A stretch of DNA of 64,000 bases, taken from the NCBI GenBank assembly GCA_040377305.1, contig JBEIPA010000010.1, positions 64,001-128,000 of the forward strand, in the 5' to 3' direction. The notes beneath the pieces are model-generated. The model was not told the origin of the DNA and made no database searches. It saw only the letters and a list, made by a program, of their open reading frames with translations. Both the position numbers and the translations under genes were made by a program. Positions 31,257 through 40,829 of this stretch are shown in pieces (position 1 is the first letter of the stretch; each line of letters opens with the position of its first letter). The DNA is from Flavobacteriales bacterium (GTDB taxonomy: Bacteria; Bacteroidota; Bacteroidia; Palsa-965).

Positions 31257-33599
31257 TTAAAATTTGATTGTCCATGATACGGAAGGAATGATCGGGAAGA
31301 GCGAAACCTGTTTCAGCCTGCGTTCTGTTCCGGAATTATTATAACCTATGTAATAGAAGAACGGATTCTTGTGGTTATACAAATTGTAGAAGCTCACTTC
31401 GAATGTGCGTTCCCAATGTTTCATCTGCTTTCTGAACTGAACGCCCACGTCCATCCGATGATATGCTTCCATCCGGAAACTATTTTTCTCTCCGTAATCA
31501 CTTACAAACCATTGCCAGTTATTCTGAGGCAAGACCTGCTGACCCGAAGCCGGATCATGATCAACAACTGAATACTCAGCTTGCGGAAGCGTGATTGCAG
31601 CGCCGGTTCCAAATACCCAGGTTGCAGAAATCGTGATGTTATCGCTCAGGTTGTAAATTCCCACAACGGAAATATCATTCCTCCGATCCTGACGAGCGTA
31701 ATACTTCTTGCCAAAGTTGATTGAATCAAACTGCAGCCACGTCCATGACAACGTATATCCAACCCAACCGGTGAACTTCCCGACTTTACGCTGAACCAGC
31801 AATTCGAATCCGTAGCTCTCTCCTGTACCGGAAGTGACATTCTTTTCCCAGGAAATTTCAGAACCTTCTTCGAAATCACCAACCAACAAGAAACTCGCTC
31901 CGTCTTTGTAACCGAGTACATCAGACGATTGCTTGTAGTATGCTTCCGCAGTTACCATCAATTTATACTTCGGAATATCGCGAGCATAACCCATCGCCAC
32001 TTGCCATGATTGTTGTGGTGCGACGTTAGCCGTTGCAGGAACCCATAAATCTGTTGGAAGGCCAACTCCGGTATTCGACAACAGGTGCAAATACTGATTC
32101 ATGATGGTGAAACATGCTTTGAGTGAGGAATTTTCATCGAGCATGAAACGTGCGGCCACGCGAGGCTCAGGACGGAAATAATGTTTCTTCTGCGTGTTGA
32201 AGTGACTCAAACGGAAACCTAAATTAATTTTCAAGCGATCGGTGAGTCGCCAGTCGTCTTCAATGTAAATTCCGCTTTCATACGCTTCCAGAATTTTCTG
32301 CTTCAACATATTGTCTGGCGCATACGAACTGCGAACAACAATGGCACTCGGATTAAAACGATGATACGTTGAAACCACACCGAACTTAATGAAGTGATCA
32401 GGACTTGGGGCAAAATCGAAATCATGCTTGAGACTGAAGTCGCGAATGCCCGACGAATACTTTAACGTGAAGTCGTCATTCTGATAATGCTCTTCGTAAC
32501 CGATACCCAGTGTATAATTCGTAAAAATGAAAGACGTATTCGAGAAAAGCTTATCCGTCCATAAGTGATTCCAACGCAAAGTTGCAGTCGCATTTCCCCA
32601 ATCCATTGAAGCTTTATCGGAAGCACCGCCTGGCCCGCCATTAAACTTTGCATAGAATTTATCTTTCCCGAAATATCCGCTCAGGTACAAACGGTTATTT
32701 TCATTCACATCGTAATTGACTTTCGCATTGAAGTCGTGAAAAAAGTAACCGAACTTTTGATCTGGCGGCAGGAAAGGATATATCAATGCATCGATGTATG
32801 TTCTTCTTCCTGATACGAGAAAAGACGATTTGCCTTTGATAATCGGACCTTCCAGCGTTAATCGCGATGAAATAATTCCGATGCCTGCTTCGCCATGAAA
32901 CTCTTGTTTGTTTCCCTCTTTCATCTGCATCTCGAGAACGGAAGAAAGTCGCCCGCCGTAACGCGCAGGAAATCCACCTTTCGTGAGCTCAACCGATTTG
33001 AGTGCATCACCATTGAAAACAGAAAAGAAACCGAACAAGTGATACGCATTATACACTGTGGCGTCATCGAGAATGATTAAGTTCTGATCTGCACCGCCGC
33101 CGCGCACATAAAATCCACTACTTCCTTCGTTGCCCGCGTGTACTCCAGGCATGAGCTGGACCACTTTCAAAACATCTTTTTCACCAAGCAGCGCAGGAAT
33201 AGCTTTGATCTGTTCAATGGGAATTGAAACCGTACTCATTTGAGTTCCGTCACTCACGCGTTCTGTCTGCTCATCCGTAATTACAACCGTATTCAATTCT
33301 ACAACCCCGAGTTCAATCGTAATTGTTGTGTCTTTGGTTAGAACAAACTTTGCTTTGTAAGGCTGGTAACCCACGTAGGTCACAAACAAATCAATAGAGT
33401 CTGCCGGAATCGTCAATGAATAGAATCCGTAATTGTTCGTTACTGTTCCGCTCTTGGTTTTGAGATTGACCACGGCAACACCAGGTAGAGATTCCTGCGA
33501 ACTTTTTTCACGTACATAACCGCTTATGGTGTATTTGGTTTGTGCTGAAAGAGTTATTGCAGACAGCAACAGGATCAACGAGGATAAGATTCTACTCAT
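31257..33599 (-). CDS. TonB-dependent receptor
   Basis: TISGYV...TNNYGFYSLT, plug GEKDVLK...VRGGGADQNLIILD, KGGFPARYGGRLSSV, terminal Phe. Confidence 0.94.
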   Translation of the reverse strand: MSRILSSLILLLSAITLSAQTKYTISGYVREKSSQESLPGVAVVNLKTKSGTVTNNYGFYSLTIPADSIDLFVTYVGYQPYKAKFVLTKDTTITIELGVVELNTVVITDEQTERVSDGTQMSTVSIPIEQIKAIPALLGEKDVLKVVQLMPGVHAGNEGSSGFYVRGGGADQNLIILDDATVYNAYHLFGFFSVFNGDALKSVELTKGGFPARYGGRLSSVLEMQMKEGNKQEFHGEAGIGIISSRLTLEGPIIKGKSSFLVSGRRTYIDALIYPFLPPDQKFGYFFHDFNAKVNYDVNENNRLYLSGYFGKDKFYAKFNGGPGGASDKASMDWGNATATLRWNHLWTDKLFSNTSFIFTNYTLGIGYEEHYQNDDFTLKYSSGIRDFSLKHDFDFAPSPDHFIKFGVVSTYHRFNPSAIVVRSSYAPDNMLKQKILEAYESGIYIEDDWRLTDRLKINLGFRLSHFNTQKKHYFRPEPRVAARFMLDENSSLKACFTIMNQYLHLLSNTGVGLPTDLWVPATANVAPQQSWQVAMGYARDIPKYKLMVTAEAYYKQSSDVLGYKDGASFLLVGDFEEGSEISWEKNVTSGTGESYGFELLVQRKVGKFTGWVGYTLSWTWLQFDSINFGKKYYARQDRRNDISVVGIYNLSDNITISATWVFGTGAAITLPQAEYSVVDHDPASGQQVLPQNNWQWFVSDYGEKNSFRMEAYHRMDVGVQFRKQMKHWERTFEVSFYNLYNHKNPFFYYIGYNNSGTERRLKQVSLFPIIPSVSWTIKF

Positions 33600-33794
33600 A
33601 GGGCAAAATTCGGACTATTTTCTACTAGAAAGACGTGATTTTCACAACTGGTTGCTTTACAAGAGGCAGTTTGGCAGTAGTGCAGTTGGCCGTCAGGCAC
33701 TAAGACTATTTGAATAGGCGAATTGTTACATTTTTATCAGTTCGACTGCCTCCTGCCCGACTGCTTACTGCCTACTGTAGTATATTTGCGACCT

Positions 33795-35057
33795 ATGTCC
33801 CGCATCCTCATCAAAAACATCCGTCAGCTGATTCAGGTCCGCGAAAATGCACCAGAACGAGTGTCGGGAAAAGCAATGAATGAGCTTCCGGTTCTGGAAG
33901 ATGCATGGCTTGCTATCGACAACGGAATCATTGCCGATTACGGTTCGATGAGCGACTTCCCTGGAATTTCAGATTGGAATGAACTGGAGGTGATTGATGC
34001 CAACGAAGGTTTGGTGATGCCGACTTTCGTGGATTCGCATACACATATCGTATATGCGGGCTCACGAGAAGGAGAGTTTGTGGATCGCATTAACGGTTTG
34101 AGCTACGAAGAAGTAGCTGCACGCGGAGGCGGAATTCTTAACTCAGCAAAGAAGCTTCGCGCAACGAATGAAGATGAACTTTACGAACAAGCCGCTGCCC
34201 GATTGAAAGAGGTAATGCATCTCGGCACGGGCGCAATCGAAATCAAAAGCGGTTACGGACTCGATTTCGAGAGTGAAATGAAGATGTTACGCGTAATACT
34301 CCGATTAAAAACAAATTTCCCTGTCGCAATCAAAGCGACTTTTCTGGGAGCGCATGCCGTTCCATCAGAATACAAAGACGACAAAGCAGGTTACATCAAA
34401 CAGATTGTTAACATCATGATTCCTGCAATTGCTCGTGAAGGGATTGCCGATTACTGCGATGTATTCTGTGAACGCAATTATTTCACCGAAGAAGAAACAA
34501 TTGAAATTCTTGAAGCCGGAAAACGTCACGGACTCAAGCCACGCATTCACGCAAACCAATTAAGTGCATCCGGAGGTGTTCAGGCCGGAGTAAAAGTTGG
34601 CGCGTTGAGTGTCGATCACCTGGAATATGTTGGAGATGCAGAAATTGCGGCACTGCAAAACAGCAATGTTATGCCTACGCTACTTCCGGGTGCGGCATTC
34701 TTTCTTGGATTGCCGTGGCCGCCTGCGCGAAAAATGATTGATGCAGGATTACCAGTTGCTGTTGCAAGCGACTTCAACCCGGGAAGTTCACCTAGCGGAA
34801 ACATGATGCAGATGCTAAGTTTGGTTTGCATCACACACAAAATGACTCCTGAAGAAGCGATAAATGCAGTAACGATTAACACTGCTGCAGCTATAGAATT
34901 GAGCGAAACCCATGGAACAATTACACGAGGGAAAGTTGGATCGGTTATAATTACGAAACCTGTTCCATCGGTTGCGTTTTTGCCTTATTATTTCGGTAGC
35001 GATTTGATCAATCACGTCATTGTGAATGGCAAAGTGATTCGCTCCATTGAAAACTGA
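33795..35057 (+). CDS. hutI: Imidazolonepropionase
   Basis: DSHTH, EIKSGYGL, FLGAHA, HANQL, SVDHLE, ASDFNPGSSP. Start reassigned to MSRILIK. Confidence 0.96.
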   Translation: MSRILIKNIRQLIQVRENAPERVSGKAMNELPVLEDAWLAIDNGIIADYGSMSDFPGISDWNELEVIDANEGLVMPTFVDSHTHIVYAGSREGEFVDRINGLSYEEVAARGGGILNSAKKLRATNEDELYEQAAARLKEVMHLGTGAIEIKSGYGLDFESEMKMLRVILRLKTNFPVAIKATFLGAHAVPSEYKDDKAGYIKQIVNIMIPAIAREGIADYCDVFCERNYFTEEETIEILEAGKRHGLKPRIHANQLSASGGVQAGVKVGALSVDHLEYVGDAEIAALQNSNVMPTLLPGAAFFLGLPWPPARKMIDAGLPVAVASDFNPGSSPSGNMMQMLSLVCITHKMTPEEAINAVTINTAAAIELSETHGTITRGKVGSVIITKPVPSVAFLPYYFGSDLINHVIVNGKVIRSIEN

Positions 35058-35074
35058 AAATTGAAAATCATTAT

Positions 35075-36730
35075 ATGAAACAATTGATCGAATGCGTCCC
35101 TAACTTCTCAGAAGGGCGCGACATGAATATCATCAAGCAAATCACCGACGCCATTGAATCAGTTGAAGGTGTGCGTTTGCTTAACGTTGATCCGGGCAAA
35201 GCAACGAATCGCACTGTCGTGACTTTTGTAGGAGAACCTGCCGCTGTTGTTGAAGCTGCAGTACGCGGAATCAAAACTGCCGGTGAGCTCATCGACATGA
35301 GCAAACACAAAGGTGAGCATCCTCGCATGGGCGCTACTGATGTTTGTCCGTTGATTCCAATTGCAGGAATTTCCATGGAAGAAACCGCGAAGTATGCTCA
35401 ACAACTCGGCAATCGCGTTGGAAAAGAGCTAGGTATTCCGGTTTACTTCTACGAAGCGGCTCAACCGAAAAAAGAACGCAATAATCTTTCGGTGATTCGC
35501 GCTGGCGAGTACGAAGGTTTCTTCAAAAAAATTAAGCTCGCGGAATGGGCTCCTGATGCTGGTCCTGCAGAGTTCGATGCAAAGCGTGGTGCAACTGTAA
35601 TTGGTGCCCGCGACTTTCTCGTTGCATACAATGTAAACCTCAATACAACTTCAACTCGTCGCGCGAATGCCATTGCGTTTGATGTGCGCGAAGCTGGTCG
35701 TACCGAGAAAGACGCAAAAGGAACTATCATCAAGCAAACGCCGGGAACATTGAAATCGGTGAAAGCCATTGGATGGTTCATCGAAGAATATGGCGTTGCT
35801 CAGATTTCAATGAACCTCACGAACATCAATATCACTCCGGTGCATGTTGCGTTTGATGAAGTTTGTCGCAGTGCACAGTCGCGCGGAATTCGTGTGACCG
35901 GCTCTGAGCTTGTAGGCTTGATTCCATTGAACGCTATGCTTGAAGCTGGAAAGTATTTCCTTCGGAAGCAGCAACGTTCTGTCGGTGTTTCAGAGAAAGA
36001 GTTGATCAAAATTGCGATCAAATCGCTCGGACTCGATGAGCTTGGGCCATTCAAACCGGAAGAACGGATCATCGAGTATCTGCTCAAAGACAAAGCCGAC
36101 GCGAAACTAGTGAGCATGACGCTGACCGAATTCGTTGATGAGACAGCAAGTGAAAGTCCGGCTCCTGGTGGTGGATCGATATCTGCTTACATGGGCGCTA
36201 TGGGCGCAGCACTCGGTACAATGGTAGCCAATCTTTCTTCGCACAAACGCGGATGGGACGATCGTTGGGAAGAATTTTCAGTTTGGGCTGAGAAAGGACA
36301 GAAGTACCAGACCGAACTCATTCGTCTTGTGGATGAAGACACGAAAGCGTTCAACGTGATCATGTCGGCATTCGGATTACCAAAAGGTACAGACGAAGAA
36401 AAAGCTGCACGCACAAAAGCGATTCAGGATGCAACCAGATACGCGACGGAGATTCCTTTCCGAGTGATGGAGTCGTGTTTAAACTGCATGGACGTTGCGA
36501 AAGCAATGGCTGAGATCGGTAACCCAAATTCCGTTTCGGATGCTGGTGTTGGTGCGCTCGCTGCACGTTCAGGAGTGATGGGTGCTTATCTTAACGTTAA
36601 GATTAATGCAGCCGGGTTAAGCGACAAGACTTTTGCAGCAGAGATTGTTGCCAAAGGAAAGTCGATTCAGGATAAAGCGATTGCTCTGGAAGCGGAGATT
36701 CTTTCGATCGTAAACCAGAAGATCGGATAA
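35075..36730 (+). CDS. ftcD: Bifunctional glutamate formimidoyltransferase / cyclodeaminase
   Basis: IECVPNFSEGR, GEHPRMGATDVCP, C-terminal SESPAPGGGS cyclodeaminase domain. Confidence 0.95.
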   Translation: MKQLIECVPNFSEGRDMNIIKQITDAIESVEGVRLLNVDPGKATNRTVVTFVGEPAAVVEAAVRGIKTAGELIDMSKHKGEHPRMGATDVCPLIPIAGISMEETAKYAQQLGNRVGKELGIPVYFYEAAQPKKERNNLSVIRAGEYEGFFKKIKLAEWAPDAGPAEFDAKRGATVIGARDFLVAYNVNLNTTSTRRANAIAFDVREAGRTEKDAKGTIIKQTPGTLKSVKAIGWFIEEYGVAQISMNLTNINITPVHVAFDEVCRSAQSRGIRVTGSELVGLIPLNAMLEAGKYFLRKQQRSVGVSEKELIKIAIKSLGLDELGPFKPEERIIEYLLKDKADAKLVSMTLTEFVDETASESPAPGGGSISAYMGAMGAALGTMVANLSSHKRGWDDRWEEFSVWAEKGQKYQTELIRLVDEDTKAFNVIMSAFGLPKGTDEEKAARTKAIQDATRYATEIPFRVMESCLNCMDVAKAMAEIGNPNSVSDAGVGALAARSGVMGAYLNVKINAAGLSDKTFAAEIVAKGKSIQDKAIALEAEILSIVNQKIG

Positions 36731-36792
36731 TAGATCTCCCATCTGTGCCAAGCACAAAACATTTACACGCGGTTCGCCGTTAAACAAAGTAT

Positions 36793-39108
36793 ATGGCGAG
36801 CATCCGGACATTTATAATGAATCATCCTTGGTTGGGAAGGATCGTATTCTTTTTTCCGGTTCAGCTTATACTTGTTCAATTCAAAAAGAACCCGATACTC
36901 ATCATCTTCTGGTTGTTGCTCACCGGTTTCGTCACGGGAAAGATTGCTGCGAAGTATGGAATCTCACTACTTTTTGTTGATCCTGAATATCTGGGTGAAG
37001 TTGGATTTCTGTCCTTCCTCATTGTAGGATTCGCCTGCGGCGGATTCATCATGGCATACCAGATTTCATGTTACATCCACAACGCTTACCGGTTTCCGTT
37101 TCTCGCGACTGTTAGCCGACCTTTCGTGAAGTTTTGCATGAACAACATGATCATTCCCGGTGTGTTCATTCTTATTTATGGCTGGAACATCATCGATTTC
37201 CTGCGAACGGAACCAATTAGTGCCGGACAAGTAGTTTGGAACCTGACTGGTTTCGTAATGGGCAATCTGTTCTTCATTGTAATCTCTTTATTGTATTTCT
37301 TTCGAGCTGGAAAGGATCTTACTCAGATGTTCGGTATTCACGCAGCCTTCCGTGAAAAGAAAGTGAAGCGCATGATCATGTTCCGCGACCCAAAACTTAA
37401 GCAGTTGACGTGGAAAACAATTCAGATCGGCCAAGAAGCACGCGACTGGCATGTTGAAACCTATTTTATCTCCTTCTTCCGGATACGAAGAGCGCGTCCG
37501 TTCGGTCACTATGATAAAGAGCTGCTTAATCGGGTATTCAAACAGAATCATGGTCGCGCTGTGTTGTTTCAGATTGTAGTAATCATCACCTTGTTGCTAT
37601 TCGGACTGATTCGTGATAGTGAGTACGCCATGATTCCGGCGGCGGCAAGTGTCATGCTTCTCTTCACGCTGTATCTCATGTTCACGGGAATTCTCAATAC
37701 GTGGTTTCGCGGCTGGTCTACACTCGTAACAATACTACTGCTGGTCTTCTTCAACTGGATTGTGCAGTTCGGATTCTTCGGCAACGAAACAAAAGCATAC
37801 GGACTCGATTACACCAAACCTAAGGTTGAGTACTCGATCCACACACTTTCAATTCTTGGTGGCGATACAGCAGCAATCCGCAGAGATTCTCTTGCGACCA
37901 TACAGATGCTTGAAAACTGGTATGCCAAGAATGCAACAGTCGGAAATCCCAAACCGAAGATGACGATTGTATCCTGCAGCGGCGGCGGTTTACGTTCGTC
38001 TTTGTGGACATTCTACACCATGCGTTATCTCGACAGCATTTCCGGAAATCGCATGATGGACAACACGCCGCTCATTTGCGGTTCATCCGGAGGAATGCTT
38101 GGCGCTGCATTTTACCGCGAGTTGTATTACCGCGATGAACAAAACGGAACAATGAATCGTTTCGACCAGAAATACATTGAGGCGGTGAGTACCGACTTGT
38201 TGAATCCTATGGCTTTTTCTGTTGCCGTAAACGACTGGTTCCTTCCACTGCGCAGCTTTAAATATGACAGTGTTTCCTACGGAATGAACCGTGCGTATGC
38301 GTTTGAAGATGCCGTACTAAGAAACACAGAGGGAATTCTCGAGAAACCAATTTCTGAATACCGCGCTCCCGAAGCAAATGCTGAAATTCCCATGATGATT
38401 CTCGCTCCTACGATTGTAAACGATGGACGTAAACTGCTCATCAGTTCGCAAGGCATTTCTTATCTCACAGCCGGACCAAGCAATTTATCAGCAGAGTTTA
38501 ACTACACGCCGGATGGAGTAGAGTTTTGCCGATTGTTTGCGGGCAGACATCCTGAAAACCTGCGCTTCACTTCTGCTTTAAGGATGAGCGCGACGTTTCC
38601 GTATATCACACCGTTAACTGAACTTCCAACGTCGCCATCAATTGAAGTCTTTGATGCGGGCATGCGGGATAACATAGGGACAGACAACGTTGTTCGCTTC
38701 CTGCAGATTTTCAACGACTGGCTTTCGGTTCATACTTCGGGAGTTATCATTGTACAAACCCGTGATAAACGAAAAGTGCGCGAGCCCGAAAAGAGTACAA
38801 CGAACACCATGGTGAATTCACTGTCTCGACCGTTAAACAGTTTCTACAGCAATTTGTTCGGTGTTCAGGATTACAATCACGATCGCGAATTGATGACCGT
38901 AGGCGAATGGTTGAAAGTTCCGTTGGATGTAATTGACTTCGAGCTAAAGAATCAGGAACCCGATGTGATCTCACTGAGCTGGCACTTGACAGAGCGGGAA
39001 AAACTGAGAACAACCAACTGTATGAATATGGAGTTCAACCGGAATAATGTTCAACGTTATCTTCAGCTAACGGCTCGCGGTCGTGTTGAACTGTCGGAAG
39101 CTTATTGA
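36793..39108 (+). CDS. Membrane-anchored patatin-like phospholipase
   Basis: N-terminal TM segments, then SGGGLRS, GSSGG and DAG motifs. Confidence 0.8.
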   Translation: MASIRTFIMNHPWLGRIVFFFPVQLILVQFKKNPILIIFWLLLTGFVTGKIAAKYGISLLFVDPEYLGEVGFLSFLIVGFACGGFIMAYQISCYIHNAYRFPFLATVSRPFVKFCMNNMIIPGVFILIYGWNIIDFLRTEPISAGQVVWNLTGFVMGNLFFIVISLLYFFRAGKDLTQMFGIHAAFREKKVKRMIMFRDPKLKQLTWKTIQIGQEARDWHVETYFISFFRIRRARPFGHYDKELLNRVFKQNHGRAVLFQIVVIITLLLFGLIRDSEYAMIPAAASVMLLFTLYLMFTGILNTWFRGWSTLVTILLLVFFNWIVQFGFFGNETKAYGLDYTKPKVEYSIHTLSILGGDTAAIRRDSLATIQMLENWYAKNATVGNPKPKMTIVSCSGGGLRSSLWTFYTMRYLDSISGNRMMDNTPLICGSSGGMLGAAFYRELYYRDEQNGTMNRFDQKYIEAVSTDLLNPMAFSVAVNDWFLPLRSFKYDSVSYGMNRAYAFEDAVLRNTEGILEKPISEYRAPEANAEIPMMILAPTIVNDGRKLLISSQGISYLTAGPSNLSAEFNYTPDGVEFCRLFAGRHPENLRFTSALRMSATFPYITPLTELPTSPSIEVFDAGMRDNIGTDNVVRFLQIFNDWLSVHTSGVIIVQTRDKRKVREPEKSTTNTMVNSLSRPLNSFYSNLFGVQDYNHDRELMTVGEWLKVPLDVIDFELKNQEPDVISLSWHLTEREKLRTTNCMNMEFNRNNVQRYLQLTARGRVELSEAY

Positions 39109-40826
39109 AGCTTCACCAGATACATTCGTTCCAGACGTTCATCACGGGTTTCCGGATTCAGGAATGGAAACGACAGAAACTGCACCGGAAATCGTTTGTA
39201 TTCCTTCACAGTAGCCAGGTTATACTTCGATTTGAGAATGTCCTGATATCCCGGTTCATCAGTGTAGATCCACATTGCTCCATACTTCTGGATTGTAGTG
39301 TCTACGTCTGTTGAATCGAGGTAAGTGTATCCAACTGCGCTCCGTGAATAGAAGTCGAGCGAGTGCTGAAAGATATCATGGTACATCCTGAATGCTTTCG
39401 GTGGAACATTATTATCAATAACCTCGCGCCCAACTTCATTTGAAACCTGGTACTTGAGCAGTTCGGGATAGAACTGGGAGAAACCTGTGTAGTAAAATGC
39501 GAGGAGAGCAACCAACAACGGAAGCATTATTCTTTCCGCAATTGTTTTTCGGGCAATAAAAAATGCAACACATGCGAAACATAAAAGAAGTACAACAAGC
39601 ATGGTGAGCATTCCTGCACCGGGAAAAATAACGAGCAGGATAAGAAACACCACTGTGAAAAGTGCCACGGCAAAAAACAAACTGAATCCGACCGCAAATC
39701 GTGCCCAGAACTTTCGCAGCGGTTGCAATAAATCGGCCACGAGGAAACGTGCGGCTATTATTGCGGCGAGCGGAAAAGTGATGTAGATATAATGCGGCAA
39801 CTTGTACTTCGAAGCTGAAAGCGCGAGGAAAATCAGAATGAATCCACCAGTTGCAAGCATTTCGTTCAGGTAGCCTGGTTTGAATCTGGATTTGACTAGT
39901 ACAAACAGGTTCTTAAACAGTCCAAGCACAGTGAGAATGCTCCACGGAAAGAATGCCCACATGAATGTATGCGTGAAGAAGAAATTCGTTGCTCCGTTGT
40001 CGAATTTCGTTCCCCAGTCACTATCACCGGTGATGCGACCAAAACTTTGTGTCCAGAAATAGAATTCTATTCCTGACACTCCGGTTTGCCCATTGATGGT
40101 TTTCTCCGGATGCAAATCGTACTGGTTATACAAACCAATGCACATAGGCGTGAGTACGATGGCAACAACGGCGAGTCCGACAATCCACTGCCAGCGAAGA
40201 AAATTCACCCATTGTCGTTTGTAAGCGAATTCACAACTCAATGCAAAAACAGGCATCACCAGTCCAAGCGGACCTTTCGCTAACATCGCAATTCCGATTC
40301 CGGTAAAACCAAGAACAAGCGCCCGCCACGATTTCGTTTTCACGTACAACATCAATTGCCACAATGAAAATGCAAACGCACCCATAAGTAAAGTGTCTGT
40401 CCGCACATCATTCATCATAATGAAGAAGCCAAGACAAGATGCAACCATCAATCCGGCAAGTAAAGCTGTAATACGATTGTAGATAAGCTCCGTCAACTTG
40501 ATAGTAGACCAAACTGCAAGCACTCCGAACAAAAACGAAGGCAATTTGTAAGCGAAATTCGAAATGCCCATGACCCACATGCTCATCGATGAGAGCCAGA
40601 ATAACAAGGGTGGCTTATCGAGATAATCGTTGTAGCGATTGTGGAGTTCCATCCAGTTTCCGGTTTCCACCATTTCGCGAGACATTGAAGCATATTGCGC
40701 CGCGTCCACATCCATGACATCAACGAGCAATCCCGGAATGTAGATGATGAAGAATACAATGGTGAATAGGGCAAGAATACCCGGGCTGATCGTAAAACCA
40801 GAATCGTTTTGTTCTTCGATTGTCAT
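39102..40826 (-). CDS. ArnT/PMT-like membrane glycosyltransferase
   Basis: DAAQYASMSREM, YLDKPPLLFW, AMLAKGP, SKYKLPHY; multi-pass. Confidence 0.9.
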   Translation of the reverse strand: MTIEEQNDSGFTISPGILALFTIVFFIIYIPGLLVDVMDVDAAQYASMSREMVETGNWMELHNRYNDYLDKPPLLFWLSSMSMWVMGISNFAYKLPSFLFGVLAVWSTIKLTELIYNRITALLAGLMVASCLGFFIMMNDVRTDTLLMGAFAFSLWQLMLYVKTKSWRALVLGFTGIGIAMLAKGPLGLVMPVFALSCEFAYKRQWVNFLRWQWIVGLAVVAIVLTPMCIGLYNQYDLHPEKTINGQTGVSGIEFYFWTQSFGRITGDSDWGTKFDNGATNFFFTHTFMWAFFPWSILTVLGLFKNLFVLVKSRFKPGYLNEMLATGGFILIFLALSASKYKLPHYIYITFPLAAIIAARFLVADLLQPLRKFWARFAVGFSLFFAVALFTVVFLILLVIFPGAGMLTMLVVLLLCFACVAFFIARKTIAERIMLPLLVALLAFYYTGFSQFYPELLKYQVSNEVGREVIDNNVPPKAFRMYHDIFQHSLDFYSRSAVGYTYLDSTDVDTTIQKYGAMWIYTDEPGYQDILKSKYNLATVKEYKRFPVQFLSFPFLNPETRDERLERMYLVKLQ

Positions 40827-40829
40827 CGT

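Noticed and set aside
33723-33794. N-terminal extensions in the ORF track (hutI, aroQ, E1, MORN protein, yhhQ)
   Set aside because: The extensions translate repeat tracts and promoter DNA; downstream starts fit the family N-termini and promoter positions.
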